Below are positions 51,330-64,000 of a stretch of DNA of 64,000 bases, in pieces. Position 1 is the stretch's first letter. Each line of letters begins with the position of its first letter. The notes below the pieces were generated by a model that ran no database searches, had not been told where the DNA came from, and was given only the letters and a program-made list of their open reading frames with translations. The translations under genes and the position numbers were made by a program. The stretch is from Octopus sinensis. Lineage: Eukaryota. Location: assembly GCF_006345805.1 (NCBI RefSeq), contig NC_042997.1, forward strand, positions 69,936,001 through 70,000,000, in the 5' to 3' direction.

Positions 51330-51599
51330 TTCTGTCAACTTCCCAATCTGCAAGACGCCACCTTGTTCAGTCATGCAGTCCAAGAAATTCTCCCTTTCTA
51401 TTGCATCTAGTGTCGCTGAAATGTCGATCTCACGTCTAACAACAACGTGCGAGCCACCTTCACCAATAGCAGCCCATTTTTTCTTTTCTTTTTTTTTGTA
51501 GACATATTGGACATTCAGTGTTTCTTCAATCGCGGAATCTAAGCCTGAACGAGTTGCAGGATTCTTGAAGAAACTAAGTCGCATGCAGGTGAATCAAGC
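51330..51599 (-). CDS. Candidate host-gene exon, product unknown
   Basis: Acceptor TTATTTCCAACAG, donor GAA|GTAAGT, and a complex non-repetitive 85-codon frame MRLSFFKNPATRSGLDSAIEETL..KWAAIGEGGSHVVVRREIDISATLDAIERENFLDCMTEQGGVLQIGKLTE. It needs the internal ATG at 51584 or the TAG acceptor near 51575. Confidence 0.45.
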
Positions 51600-51641
51600 T
51601 GTTGGAAATAACACACACACACACGCACACACACACGCACG

Positions 51642-51681
<40 letters not shown>

Positions 51682-51770
51682 ACACACACACACAAACACA
51701 CACGCACATAACGATAAATAGATAGACTGATAGATAGATAGATTGATAGATAGAACGAACAAACAGAGAC

Positions 51771-51823
<53 letters not shown>

Positions 51824-52061
51824 CATGTATGTATGTATGTATGTATGCATGTATTTACATCGAAATATAGAATACTACAAATAATAGCATGTAAATATTT
51901 GGTTAGAAACCCGTGTAAAAATCGAGTTATTTAATTAAAAAAAATATTTCACGTTCTCTCAAACTTTCTCAATTCTTATGATATTTGAGCGTGTGTGTGT
52001 GTATGTGTGTGCATGTGTGCGTGCGTATGCGTCTGTATGTTTGTGTATATGTATATATACA

Positions 52062-52096
<35 letters not shown>

Positions 52097-52447
52097 GTAC
52101 ATACATATGCAAACACACGCATACACACGCACACACACAGACACACACACATACACGGTCACACATACATAGCACAATACATTGTTTGTCTCTACGAAAT
52201 TCCTCTGAAAATATTGATCAATCACCGAAACTACTGTAGAAGACGCTTGCTCAAAGTGCAGTGCAGGGAGAGGAAATTGTAGAATCATCCATATTTATAC
52301 ATCATCAAATTTAAATATATACATGCGTATTTTGATACACATGTCATGTTTGCTTACCATTAAAACTGGTGCGTTGAGTAACGTTATTTCCTGTCAATAT
52401 TGTAACAGCTTCTTTAGTCAAAATATGTGTGGCAATATAAGCCATTT

Positions 52448-53680
52448 TAAGGCGGCAAGCTGGCAGAAACGTTAGCACGCCGGGCGAAATGCTTAGCAGT
52501 ATTTCGTCATCCGTTACATTCTGAGTTAAAATTCCGTCGAGGTTGACTTTGCTTTCATCCTTTCAGGAACGACTAATTAAGTACCAGTTGCGTACAGAGG
52601 TCAATGTAATCGAGTGGCACCCTCCCACAAAATTTCGGGCCATGTGCCTAGAATAGAAAAGAAATTAAGGCGACGAGCTGGCAGAAACGTTAGCACGCCG
52701 GGCGAAATGCTTAGCAATATTTCGTTTGTCTTAACGCTCTGAGTTCAAATTCCGCCGAGGTCGACTTTGCCTTTCATCCTTTCGGGGCCGATAAATTAAG
52801 TACCAGTTGCGTACTGGGGTCGATCTAATTGACTGGCCACCTCCCCCAAAATTTCGGGCCTTCTGCCTAGAGTAGAAAAGAATATTAGCTATTTTAAGGC
52901 GGCGATCTGGCAGAAACGTTAGCACGTCGGGTGAAATGCTTAGCAGTAATTCGTCTGCTGTTACGTTCAGATTTCAAACTCCGTTGAGGTCGACATTGCC
53001 TTTCATCCTTTCGAGATTGATTAAATAAGTACCAGTTACGCACTGGGGCCGATGTAATCGACTTAAACCCTTTGTTCTTGTTTGTCCCCTCTATGTTAAT
53101 CCCCCTATCGGCAATAAAGAAATAAATATTGTAACAGCTTCTTCAGTCAAAATATGTGTGACAGTACTAGTCATTTTAAGGCAGCGAGCTGGCAGAAACG
53201 TTAGCATGCCGGGCGTAATGCTTAGCGGCATTTCTTCTGTCTTTACGTTCTGAGTTCAAATTCCGTCGAGGTCGACTTTGCCTTTCATCCTTTCGAGGTT
53301 GATAAATTAAGTATCGGTTGCGTACTGGGGTCAATCTAATCGATTGCCACCCAGCCATCTCAAAAAAAAAAAAAATAATAATTATAAATAAATAAAATAA
53401 AATAAAATATAAAATTTTGGAGCTTATGCCTAGAGTAGAAAAGAATATTGTAACAGCATAAAACGGCGAGCTGGCAGATTCGATAGAACGCAAGGCAAAA
53501 TTCTTAACGCATTTCGTCTGTCTTTACGTTCTGGGATTAAATTCCGCCAAGGTTGACTTTGCCTTTCATCCTTCGGGGTCGATAAAATAAGTACAAGTTG
53601 AACACTGGGTTTGATGTAATCAATTTAGTCCCTCTCCCAAACTTGCCGGTTTTGTACCAAAATTTAAACCAATATTGTAA
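52448..53680 (+). mobile_element. Five head-to-tail SINE family B copies
   Basis: Heads AAGGCGGC(A/G)AGCTGGCAGAAACGTTAGCA at ~52450, 52666, 52896, 53179 and 53460. Confidence 0.92.
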
Positions 53681-53799
53681 CATAGCAATTCAATTTTCGG
53701 AGTCTATAAAATAGTTCCAGGTTTATGTAAGTACTTAGGTCAATATGACCAAGATTATTTGAAGTTTTATCTCAATACAATCAGAATAATTGTTTTGAA

Positions 53800-53990
53800 C
53801 CTTGGCACGAGCCCAGTCATTTTAGAGTCAAGAGGCAGGTCGATGTAATCGATCCAAATACTCGACTGGCATTTATTTTATCGACTCCTAAAGCTGAAAA
53901 AGTAAAATCGACCTAGGCAGAATCTGAGCTCGGAATTCACGAATAAAGTTCTGGGAAGAAATGCCACTGTGCGACGTGCTAATGATCCTG
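53800..53990 (-). mobile_element. SINE family B, older inverted copy
   Basis: TTATTTTATCGACTCC..AAAATCGACCTAGGCAGAATCTGAGCTC..GTGCTAATGATCCTGACAG. Confidence 0.7.
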
Positions 53991-54025
53991 ACAGTGCACA
54001 GTTTTAAAATCAGCAAAACAAAAAC

Positions 54026-54069
<44 letters not shown>

Positions 54070-56169
54070 AATACACACACACACACACAAACATGCACAC
54101 ACAGACACATGAATATGCAGAATAGATAGATAAACAGATATATAGATACATGCATACGTGCACACACGCATACATACATGCATACATACATACATACATA
54201 CATATATTGATACATACATATGTGCATACACAAGAACACATGTACACTGACTTACACACATGTACACAAACAGACAAAAATGGACGCAGCTCCAATGATG
54301 GACTGAGTCAACATCCATTGACAAGGTTGCAAAAGGCAACGAAAATTTTGGAAGAAAAATGTATAAATAATAATAAATGAGTGGAAATCGACAATGATTC
54401 TCCCCAGACACAGTATAATTTGCTTCGACACACGAATTTACATAGAGAATCTTGCAAACCAGATACAAAAAGGAAGTAATATACTTTTTGTTTTTATCGT
54501 TTAATTGTTCGTCATGGGACTACAGTCAAGGCTCCATGATTAGTAAATCGGTAAGTTAGCCAAAGTGTCAAATACAAGCGAGTTGTATTGCTCGCAGTAG
54601 TAAATCTAATACTGATTTAAGAGACTAACAAAGGAGTTACTTGGTATCCCAGTGGTCACTTGGCAAGTTATAAATAGCAACCAAATGTTTCTTCACTCCA
54701 GTTATGCTCTCTCAAAAAAATGAGCTCTTGGATAATGAAATCATGGTGAGCTTTATTTGGATAAAAGATGTGATGGTAATGGTTGGCACATTTTGACAAG
54801 ATTTTCTTGAACCTGTTTTGGCACTGAGAATCAGCAACAGCTTAACGTTTATATGAGGATATTTAATAAACAGCTTTGAGAGAATAACTAAATATGTCCT
54901 CGGAAAACATTAACTGAAGACGTAAAATATGATGTAATAACAACGTGTGTGATAACATATTTAATGCAATGAGTTCCGATATTTTCATCAAATTATACCC
55001 ATATTGAGGAGAGAAATATAATGTTAATGATTAAGCCTTAAAAAAGCTGGTACTAAAAGCAGAATTGGTATTTAAATGAAGATTATATAAGAAAAACAAA
55101 ACAAAGTATTACCACGACCAACTGTTACAAATATTAAAGGAATATTATCAAATTGTGACTTAATTAAAATATTTGTGTGATTACTAGTTGGCGGGCGAGC
55201 TAGCGGCATCTCAGCTTAACTTTGAACAATACTACGTGTTATACTTGGTTAAACATAATCACTTCAGATGTGGGTTTATTCTGTATTTTGATGGACACGA
55301 TCGGTTGAAAATACATAAAGGCTTTCGTGATAAAGGCTGTCGAATGAATCGTTCATCCGTAACGTTGCAACTGTGTGAAATAGTTTCTATATGCAAAATC
55401 CCCACCTAGGGCTATAAACATCAGTAGCATATATGTTACAGCTCCGTACTCCCACTGTTTATATCGCGCTCAGAGATTTAATATAACATTTTCTCTCTTC
55501 TACGAGATCTGCGACAGTGGGTCGCAAGAAAAATATACAGTAATTTAGGAGTGGAATGAGCTTCCATCACTAGCTGGTGATTAACAGACGCCTAGGACAG
55601 GTAACCACTAAGAAACTCGAGTCTGTGTGTATCACGTAAGGCTAGAGATGGGATCGATAACTTCCCCTCGCAAATACTAATCGGACACAGAATGTGTGTC
55701 GTTAGCCAGCTGGAGGAGATGTCTTAAACATCAGCAGCACTGTCCTATATAGGACGCCACACTTAGTTGGCATATATATGTTACGGTATATATATATACA
55801 CGTTCATATACACGCTATGCATAAATATACATATATGCATATACATACATATATACATATATATGAAATATATATATATTTAATTTATTATATATATATT
55901 GTTTAACGTACACAGTATATAATTATATGCTACTAATAGTTTCATACATTGAAGAAATCATCTAGGCATGTTTAAAAAGACACCTAATGTCTCCAATAAT
56001 CTTTAAGCGTTGACACATAGCCTATACAAGTTACAAATCAGGACGATAGAAGAAGAGAAATCATAAGAAAATTCGCAGTGAAGGTGGGTTCAAAAAGTGG
56101 AATAGTGAAATAGACAGGAAGAGAAAGGAAAAATACGATAAGCCGAACGAGAAACTGTCCTACTTACAC

Positions 56170-56525
56170 AAACTGTCCTGCCATCGCCATCACAAGTGTG
56201 TAAAAGTCTGAGAGTTAACATTAGCAATAAGGGATCCTACTTCTCTTCTAAAGAATGTTTTGATAAACTAGCCCCCTATAACAATGCCTTAGCTAGCAGT
56301 GGTTTCAAAGATAAGTTATAGTACAACTCTTCTAATAATATTACGGTTGATAACGATAAACTTTAGAATAGACCTAGGAAAGTAATTTGGTTGGCCTACT
56401 CCCATCTCCCTAAATGTTAAGACTAACGTAGATAAAAGATTCCTGTCTCAGGTAAATATCTCTCAGAAAATCACAAATACAGGCAGATCTTTAACAGATA
56501 CCGAATTGAATTATCATATAGCTAC
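56170..56525 (+). mobile_element. Penelope-like (Neptune-type) RT thumb/linker fragment, decayed
   Basis: PLYNNALASSGFKDKL..NRPRKVIW..NVDKRFL..NHKYRQIFNRYRIELSYS, with frameshifts. Confidence 0.75.
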
Positions 56526-56750
56526 GAAAAAACAAAAGACGAAGACAGATGGTGTACAAAACAAACAGATGTATTAGTATAACGCTCAGGAATAGAAAAA
56601 GTCTTTTACGTTTCGAGCCTACGCTCTTCTACAGAAGGGGATACAGAAAGAACAAGGAGAGAAAAAAATGTATGTAGTGCCTAACGATCTATCATGGCGA
56701 CTGACGGACAGAAGGGTCACACACGAGTGTTTAGAAGTAGGGGAGATAAT
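56526..56750 (-). mobile_element. 3' end of the 24.6 kb PLE family with an A6U hammerhead-like motif (56601-56640)
   Basis: Colinear with 24600-24890; CTT-CTGTAGA-A GAGC GTAG GCTC-GAAA-CGT-A-AAAGAC. Confidence 0.75.
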
Positions 56751-56803
<53 letters not shown>

Positions 56804-56947
56804 CTTTATTTAAAAGCAGCAAAAATATCACGAAAACTGTTACTCAGAGTTTTGTGATATTTTTGCTGCTTTTTAATACAACATATTACCCTACCTCTGG
56901 TATTCGAGTACTATTTTTTCCACCTTGTTCGCATTTATATGATTACT

Positions 56948-56951
<4 letters not shown>
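56804..56951. mobile_element. Family D element, asymmetric collapsed palindrome plus tail
   Basis: Left arm reaches CTGTTACTCAGAG; right arm starts a few nt past the predicted cleavage site; same tail; flanked by (TA)n. Confidence 0.8.
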
Positions 56952-57001
<50 letters not shown>

Positions 57002-57059
57002 AGAAAAAAATATGTGTCATACATACAAACATATATGTATATATACATGCATCTAATAA

Positions 57060-58029
57060 ATAATTATCGGAAGTACAGGACATCACAATAAGACGTAGAA
57101 ACGGAAAAAGCCAAAAAAAAACAAAAAACAAGAAAACGGAAAACGAAAAACAAATACAGGACGAGCTACACAAGGACAAAACCCCCGTCATCAGCTGTCG
57201 CGAGAGAGTCAGGCATGTTTCGAAGGCATAACAAACACTAATCCAATAGGCCTTCCTGCGAGAGAATTAAAATAAAATTTCAAGCAGCGGGGCACAATGA
57301 GTACGAACAAACAAACAAGACGTAACAATAGACTGCAAAATTAAAATACATGTACAAAAACAAACACAAGAGGACGAACGAAAAAGCCTTTTTCTGGCAT
57401 AGACAAACATAAAACTGCAAAAATAAAAATACATTACAAAAAGTACAATTAGTTACAAACGAGAAAATAACAAGAATACTATACAGGAAATCAACCACAC
57501 AAGGGGACGAACGAAGAAGCCTTTTGCTGGCAAGGACGAAAGTGTAGTAGCAGCAGCGCGTGGAGGCAGTCTTTTCAATAGTGGGAACCACTTGTAAAGG
57601 AATTTTGTTTTATAGGCAAGGAAGAGGGAAGGAGGAGGGGACAACGCGGCGAAGAGAGAGGAGGAGGGGAGGGAGAAAGATTGAAGAGGTTAAAGCAAAG
57701 GGAGAGAGTACCGCATCTTCAATATAATAATATAAATATAAAAAAAAAAGGGGACCAAGAAGTGGATCGAAACGACGAATCGGAACGAACCTGATGCGGG
57801 GCGCTGTCAGACATAAGGAGATAAATAAAAATATATGCATACATACAACATATATGTACGTACCTACATCTACATGTATATATACATGCATATATAAATA
57901 ATTATACGGAAGTACAGGACATCACAATAAGACGTAGAAACGGAAAAAGCCAAAAAACAAAAAACAAGAAAACGGAAAACGAAAAACAAATACAGGACGA
58001 GCTACACAAGGACAAAACCCCCGTCATCA

Positions 58030-58030
<1 letters not shown>
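57060..58030 (-). repeat. ~825 bp unit with ~140 bp terminal direct repeat (partial tandem)
   Basis: 57062-57205 repeated at 57901-58030; relatives at ~24330-24545, ~37970-38130 and ~41600-41880. Confidence 0.75.
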
Positions 58031-58090
<60 letters not shown>

Positions 58091-58457
58091 TGTATGTATG
58101 TATGTATGTATGTATGTATGTATGTACGTATATAGGCTAGTGATGACAGTAACCACAAAAATGACAATAACATTCTCTGAGCAATATTTGTTTATCTTTA
58201 CGAGTGGTGTTATTAACATATTAACATTTTTCATTTCGTAAAGGAAGTGAAAAGCCAGTCGTTTGCCTGATTGTAATTTTATCTTGTATGTTAATTATGG
58301 ATATTATCGTGAGCCTAGTTTCCTGACTGTAGAAATGACGCTCATGTTAACACTATTAATGATTAACTAAGCGTTCATAAAGAAAATCATACATAAAGTA
58401 TGTGTCTCTGTATGTATGTATATATGTACACACACAAACACACACACACACACCACA

Positions 58458-58501
<44 letters not shown>

Positions 58502-59145
58502 GTGCGGTGCCTATAAAAAATAATAGGGCTCATTTCTGTCTCCTTTCAGTAATTTTTAATTTCTATTCTGCCCCAAGCTGCTAATTCTTTTTTATTGATA
58601 ATTCACGTCATGCATTGACCTCTTCTTGTGAAAAACTTTATTTTATTTCCGAGTTTGTAAGTAAAAGAATTTATGAAGTATTTGAATATTTCTTCTATCA
58701 CTTCACTTACGATGGTCCGTTGAATATTTGAAATATCTACACTTCGCTTCTGTACTCATAGTTCTTCCGTTCACGTTTTTCTTTTATTGTCAAGAAACTC
58801 GTATATTCCATAAAATTTGTTTTGCTCTCTTTCCATGTATATTTATAATTCTGTCTTTTAATAAATACTGCTCATCCATTTCTCACCGTTTTATAATCGC
58901 TTCCTTGCCTATTTGATATCTCTGCACTTATATCTCCTGTTATTTATGACATATTTCATCTCAGTTACGTTTGTATGATTAAACGAGTGTATCTGAGGCA
59001 TGTTTACTTCATGGCACCACCATAATCGTTCGTGCATTTCTACTGCTTTTAGTTTTTCCTTCCTGTTTTTCAGCTACTATTTTCGGAAAGACGTTTTTGC
59101 TCTCTCTACCTCCAATTTCTTCATTTTTCTCTTTTTTTCCGTAAC

Positions 59146-59272
59146 ACTAACCCTAAAACTCCAACCCTAACCCCAAAACCCTAGCCCTAACCATAAAACC
59201 CCAACCCTAGCCCTAAACCCCTAACCCTAACCCTAAAATTCTAATCTTAACCCTAAAACCCTAAAGCTAAAA
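59146..59272. repeat. Degenerate interstitial (CCCTAA)n telomere-like tract
   Basis: About 18 imperfect CCCTAA-like units with AAAA spacers. Confidence 0.8.
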
Positions 59273-59651
59273 CCAGTACAAACGCACGAATGATGCCATA
59301 AATAACAGTGACAAACAAAATATACACCGCCAATAGCTGTTGACAAACAACGGCAGTAATTTTATTCAGCTGAATACACGTCATTGATTGGTTGAAATTA
59401 CCGAAATACGACAACTTTAACACGAAATAACTTAATATAAACTTTTCTCAACAATACTAAAAAGTAAAAGATGTTTTATATGACACATTCTACCAGTGTC
59501 CGAAGTTTGAAAGTGTTTAGCTACAAAAAATTAATTTCTCGATCTGCCGTTCAACGGGAAAAGATCCGACTTCTCCTTTCGAGCGAACCCCTGGTTTCGG
59601 GCTAGTTCTAAAATCTCCTTAAGAGACCAACGTTGTAGTTGTACTGACATA

Positions 59652-60009
59652 TAATATTCGTAGCCACTTTAACATGGCTGTCCGAGCAAACGAACTCTAC
59701 TGTGATTTTCTTGTTGCAAAATCAGCGACTGTGTTCGCTTGAAATATATATATTGCGAGCAGAAGCGAGCTACTACCATCTCTAGCAGACGAAGTGTCCA
59801 GTACTTAGGAGTGGCAGAAATAGACCGAAACCAGAACTGGTCTACTGGTCCCGTCGCTAGAAGGTGGTAGGGGTTCGCTCCCCAGCTTGCAACTTATCGG
59901 ATGCAACTGTGCATCGTTAACCAGCTAGTGAAGATGTCCTCTTGGGGTTAAAAATTCGCAGTAGCGTCCGTTCGAACAAATATCCATGTTAAATTGGCTA
60001 CGAACATTA
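59652..60009. mobile_element. MITE-like element with ~60 bp imperfect TIRs
   Basis: TAATATTCGTAGCCACTTTAACATGG..CCATGTTAAATTGGCTACGAACATTA. Confidence 0.7.
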
Positions 60010-60075
60010 CTTGCCAGTACAACTACTGCATTGATCTCTTAAGATTTTATAACTAGCATTTTGGCTGATATATAT

Positions 60076-60150
<75 letters not shown>

Positions 60151-60241
60151 GACAGACAGACAGATAGGCAGACATAGATAGATAGATAGAGATAGATAGA
60201 TAGATAGATAGACAGACAGACATACAGACACACATATATAA

Positions 60242-60311
<70 letters not shown>

Positions 60312-61739
60312 CTCAGATAGACTGGTGTTACAAACGGCGACAAGCATAACCGGATATATAGATTCTAAGGCAGGCGTACATAAAAGTAACGCATGTCGAA
60401 TTGGGTTTAGTATTTGACACGTGTGCGGTTCGTTAGGTTGGGATACGCACGTGTTTACAGTTTAGCATGAATAAGAATAAGTTGTCCCCGGAAATGCTAC
60501 ATACTACCCCTGCTTCTGAAGTTAACTAAAAGCCTTTGTGCGCACGGCGGCGGCGGCGAGGCGACAGCGGTGGCGGCGGCGGCGGTGGTGGTGGTGATGT
60601 TAGTGGTGGTGCTGATGATGGTGGTGGAGATGGTGATGATTGTCAACGTTGTCGTCGCAATTATCATTACCATCGTTAGGTAGGATACAAGTCACGAGTT
60701 ATGGGGCTGGAGTTTAGTTAATCACTTCAACTTCATTATTGACCCCACAAGAATAGAAGACAAAGTTTAGCCCGCCAGGATTTGAGCCAGTATTTGTCAT
60801 GACATAACCTCAGTGATTTGGCACAATCTCTCAACTGATACACTTGGCCTTTGATATATCTGAAATCATATCGCAACAATCAATGTGTTGCTTCTGTTTA
60901 ATCCTTGATGATAAAAAGCATTCCAGCCATGACTCTCACGTCAGGTTTTCCTGCATGCAGGTGATTCAGGATAACCATATACGAAGTGTAACTTTCTAAG
61001 TCGGCAGAATTTGTTTTTTGGGGATATAACAAATCCTGCTGTGCCTACTTAATCATCATCGAAACGGTCGTTGTTAACCATTAGAAACATTAGAACCATG
61101 TATGGTAATGGACATGCTGAGAGCAAACGACACTTGATGATGATGATGATGATGATGTATTACTCATATTTATCATTTTCTTGACTCTCCCTATTGATGC
61201 AGTGTAATTACCCTGGAAGGATCAAACTATTCTTACAGTTTATCTGGTTATGTTGTATTTCTCAGTAGTATATAGTTGACGTTGCTTTGGGCCGTGTATG
61301 TAGGCTGTTTTTCTTAATAGTAGTTCTTCCTAATTAATTTCCTTTGAGCGATCAAGTTTCCTTTCTCTTGCCATTGCATTCTGTTTCAGGCTGAAACTGA
61401 TATTTACAACCTGTACTGCGTGCGGATGGTTTGAAAATGTCTGTTTAGAGCAACAAATTTTGTTACGTTTATAATTTTTGTTTCTACTGAGAGATGGGCT
61501 ATACCAGAAGATGTTGCATTTTCTACATGCTCAGCTACACTCGTTTGTGTAAGAAACTTATTTATCGAACAAAGCTACACTTACAAATATATTCCCAGCA
61601 AGAATATATTTACTTTTATATTTACTTTATGATGGCTGATTTTGGACTAAAAATTATATCTTATGTTGATTATGTATAATGAAGCCCCTCTTTTAGTGTG
61701 CAAGGAAAGAGTTAAGCATGTGGTATTTAATATTTTGAT

Positions 61740-61915
61740 CGCTATAAAGTTAGCACGCCAGGCAAAAGCGGCATTTCGTTACGTTCTAAGTTGAAATTCA
61801 GCCGAGGTAGGCTTCTTCCGGAGTCGATAAAATAAGTACCATTTGAACACTGGGGTCGATGTATCGACTTAACCCTTCCACCGAAATTGATGGCCGTGTA
61901 CAAATATTTGAAAAC
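61740..61915 (+). mobile_element. SINE family B with small deletions
   Basis: GTTAGCACGCCAGGCAAA..GTCGATAAAATAAGTACC..CTGGGGTCGATGTATCGAC. Confidence 0.8.
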
Positions 61916-62050
61916 AATATTTCTAGTCTATTTCATTAAGTTGATTGGAACATATTTTGTTTTCTTCAGAAATCTGAATTCAGCAGTGCGTACATACATA
62001 CATGCAAACGCACACACACACATATATACACATACACACACACATACTCA

Positions 62051-62082
<32 letters not shown>

Positions 62083-62752
62083 AACACACACATGCATTCA
62101 CCTTTATGCACTTGTGTGTGTGAAATTGCGTGTATGTATATATAAGGGTTATGTTGAGCTATAAAACTATCAACAAATCTATATGAATCAATATCAAATA
62201 AACAGTCAGGTCCTGTATCTTCTTTTGCCCTTTTCCTCCTCTCCCTTACTCCCTTACTCTCTCCCTGTCCCTCTTCCACTCTCTGTGTGTCTGTCTGTCA
62301 GTCTCTCTCTTTCGCTCTCTCTCTCTCTCTTCATGTACGTACAATATCATACACACATCTACATTAACACATATCAGTAAAAAAAAGCACTTGTTAACTA
62401 CATCAATATTCTTAATTTTCACTTCTTACTGTCGTGTATCTATCATTTCTTTCTGACGCATAATTAATGTTGAAAGCGTAGAAAATGAAAGCAGAAGCTT
62501 TATGCAGAAATATTTTTTCTGAAAAAGTAGCTTAAATTAAAAAAAAAAATATATTTCTTGTAAAATATCCGCGAAAATAATTTAAAAGAAGTATATCTAT
62601 AAACAATAAAAGCACCACAAAAATATATACGCAAAATATTCGATTCATAAACAAATCAATACTCACTACATTGCAAGTGCCAAATTTCTAAGTTTGCTTT
62701 ACTTGAAAGTTGCCAGAATTTCCCTTTATACATACATACATATATATATATA

Positions 62753-62824
<72 letters not shown>

Positions 62825-62940
62825 ACACACACACACATATATACACATATATGTAATATATATATATATATATATACACACACACGCGCACACATGCACA
62901 TACATACACGTATATATAGAAAAATTTATACATATATATA

Positions 62941-63001
<61 letters not shown>

Positions 63002-63799
63002 TTTTTCAGATATGTTTTGGATAATTTTCGCATTTTCCTATTTTCTTTTTTGTGTGAAACTTTAAATAATTTCGCTTCAGTATTTACAAGCACATACACA
63101 AATACACTTACACACATGCACATAAAAACGCGCGCGTGCCCATACACACACGTACAGACGTGCATGCATACATATATATACTCGACAGTGTGTAAGGGAG
63201 TACATATACACATACACCCACGATGTAATGCTAATAAATACAAGGGTTTCGTTATGCATAGACATACTGAAACATCCGACACACTCACATGCATGTTTTC
63301 GTATTTATCAATAAATGTGTGTGTGCGTGTGTGTGTGTGTGTATTTGGGTGTGTGGGAGTGTATGTGCATATCCACACACGCACACGCGCGCGCACGTGT
63401 ATGTGCATGCAAGCTATGTGTATATTGAACGTGTGTAAAAAATAATTCGAACTCGCTATTTTTCTGCAGTGTCATAGAGATAATATTTTTTTTATTTACT
63501 CCTTGTTTCATTTACTGTTTCAAGTCTTTCAATTTTTTTCATTAATTATGGTCTTTTCTGACTCATGACGTGTCGTGAAAATTTATACACCTGCCGGTGT
63601 TTGGTATTTGAGCATGCACATAAAATATCTCCACACAAAGGAGAAAAAAACACATACAAATGCAACTGCACACAATATTCACATGCACTGAGAGAGGAAA
63701 CACAGAAAAGGAACGTCTAGTCAAATCAGCAGCGTTGACGGACATATTACACATATCATACACAGCACATGTACATACACGCACGGCTGCACACACACA

Positions 63800-63854
<55 letters not shown>

Positions 63855-64000
63855 GCTAATATTTAGGCTTGGGGTTAATGACTAATATCCGTCTTTGCCG
63901 GGTTATGAAAGACTTGGATTTATGCTTTCGTTGGCAGAGAAAAGGGTTATATTAACGTCTCTCTTCACCCGGACACCAATATAAACTATAAAGTGATATT

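Overview
AT-rich, microsatellite-saturated animal genomic DNA made almost entirely of repeats. The SINE families match my recollection of octopus repeats, so a cephalopod source is an inference. No complete host gene can be supported, and most ORFs in the supplied track are microsatellite artefacts. Supported content: (1) several tRNA-type SINE families. (2) LINE remnants: RTE with three C-terminal C2H2 fingers, CR1-like, and R4/Dong with a restriction-like endonuclease. (3) Many Penelope-like element (PLE) fragments (RT and GIY-YIG). (4) DNA transposons: a full-length IR/DR Tc1 with an open DD34E transposase ORF (35841-37424), a decayed DD37D maT, an Hsmar1-like mariner end, a pogo relic, several MITEs or foldbacks, and a head-to-tail non-autonomous Helitron dimer. 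(5) Weak host-exon candidates on the minus strand (51330-51599; a BACK-like reading frame at 28642-29104). The most interesting signal is about 11 minimal type I hammerhead-ribozyme-like motifs from several PLE-linked families, with palindromic stem III and recurring core variants. One short (TA)n-inserted palindromic element family (21755, 43345, 56804) has, in one copy, its inversion point at the predicted self-cleavage site. All alignments, folds and identities were judged by eye; no database search was run.
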